Below the pieces are notes generated by a model. The model made no database searches. It was not told the DNA's origin and saw only the letters and a list, made by a program, of their open reading frames with translations. Positions 62,972 to 64,000 of a DNA stretch of 64,000 nt are shown one piece after another. Position 1 is the first letter of the stretch. Each line of letters opens with the position of its first letter. Both the position numbers and the translations under genes were made by a program. The stretch is from contig MU008155.1 of assembly GCA_010909165.1 (NCBI GenBank), positions 62,001-126,000 of the forward strand, written 5' to 3'. This DNA comes from Anthoceros angustus (Eukaryota; Plantae; Anthocerotophyta).

Positions 62972-63292
62972 TGTTAAATATATAACCATCGCGGGTTAAA
63001 TGCCCATAGCTTATTAAGGTTTACGTAATTAGGTTATGACTCATCATTTATTTATGCCTAGGGCTTTAGGTAGTTAGTTGTTATATTAGTTGCAACAACT
63101 TATGGTTGCAACAACTTATGGTTGGAACAACTTATGGTTACAACAAACTTGTTGTTGTAACCACCCAACCACCTAGCCTATTTAAAGGCTTGTACTTTAC
63201 TCTTGATTATTCATTGAATATACTTAGTCATTCATTATCTCTTGCTTTCCTTTGCCTTCCTAACTTAGCTAGGTGCATAAGGATTTTCCACA
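62972..63292 (+). repeat. 5' LTR of an E/F-related copia, with a PBS at 63293-63304
   Basis: TG...CA termini followed by tggtatcgaggc. Shares gcctatttaaaggcttgtactttactc and the caacaacttatggttg repeats with the 25000-25247 LTR. Confidence 0.88.
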
Positions 63293-64000
63293 TGGTATCG
63301 AGGCAGAGCCACTTCACGATTTTTGTTCTTTGTGCAATGCCTCGTGGGAGGGACTCCCGTGCATCACCACTTATCGTGAGGTTTTCCCACGCAACTCTGA
63401 TGTACAACGGTTCCTCCAACTTGCAGCGGACCATGGAGCCAATATTTTGGCGAATATCGTACCCGGATCCGTGCGCATTGGCGAGGCAAGCACAAACGCA
63501 GCGATATCGTAATCAGAGAGATCGTGAGGGAGGCAATATCGGATGAAGAAAATGATGATTATGTCCCGGACTCTAGTGAATCACTATCAAAATTGATCAA
63601 CTATCACTATGGAAGACTTGATGTTGAATTTCTCAATTGATTGCAAGACAAGATCTCTTTCTCACACCGCATGATATGGAGAAGAGATTGCAGCATAGCA
63701 TTAATCAATGCACCAAGGATATAAGTGATGGTGTATACGCATTTGATTGATATTTATGCAACAATCGGATTTGAAGAAAAAAATTGGGCCAATCGGGCAA
63801 AGCCACGATGATATTCTTTGACCGCTGCGGCGTGGAGGGATGATTGCGGTGGTGCGCATTGCTTGGGAGCCCACTTCTATCACGGAGCAAGAAATTGCTT
63901 GTTTTTGCTTGAGATTTGCTGTCTGCAATTCTTTGCATGCATTCTTTGCTGCCCAATTCTTTGTTGCCAATAGGTAGTTATAAAAAAAAAACAGTTATTA

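Noticed and set aside
63085-63165. Short repeat arrays here and at 24311 and 58185 as possible CRISPR arrays
   Set aside because: There are no unique spacers and no cas genes. The context is eukaryotic and the repeats lie inside LTR elements.

Overview
This is eukaryotic plant DNA, most likely from a non-seed plant (inferred from the retroelement types and short introns). Most of the window is transposon-derived. There is one intact host gene: a 5-exon HOTHEAD/mandelonitrile-lyase-type GMC oxidoreductase (46919-49177, minus, 579 aa, one GC-AG intron). Positions 1-35300 are the right half of a five-level nested LTR-retrotransposon stack: Athila-like gypsy A inside copia D inside copia E inside Athila-like gypsy B inside a degenerate gag-protease element C. 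The rest holds more copia and Athila-like fragments, with LTRs, PBS and PPT sites readable directly. Four observations stand out. (1) An intron-containing IS3EU/rva_4-type DDE transposase pseudogene, a family known mainly from animals and fungi, lies next to the host gene. (2) Two copia elements of one family carry unrelated antisense, TATA-headed, apparently spliced cargo units before the PPT. (3) Element C resembles bryophyte/charophyte retroelements that I recall carrying a cytosine methyltransferase. (4) Athila-like A has an extra 3' ORF flanked by short palindromic motif clusters. Repeats are full of indels and 1-2 kb tandem near-duplicates, and there is an N at 53948, while the host gene is clean. 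Many frameshifts and duplications are therefore probably long-read assembly artefacts. No database searches were run; family calls rest on motif recognition.
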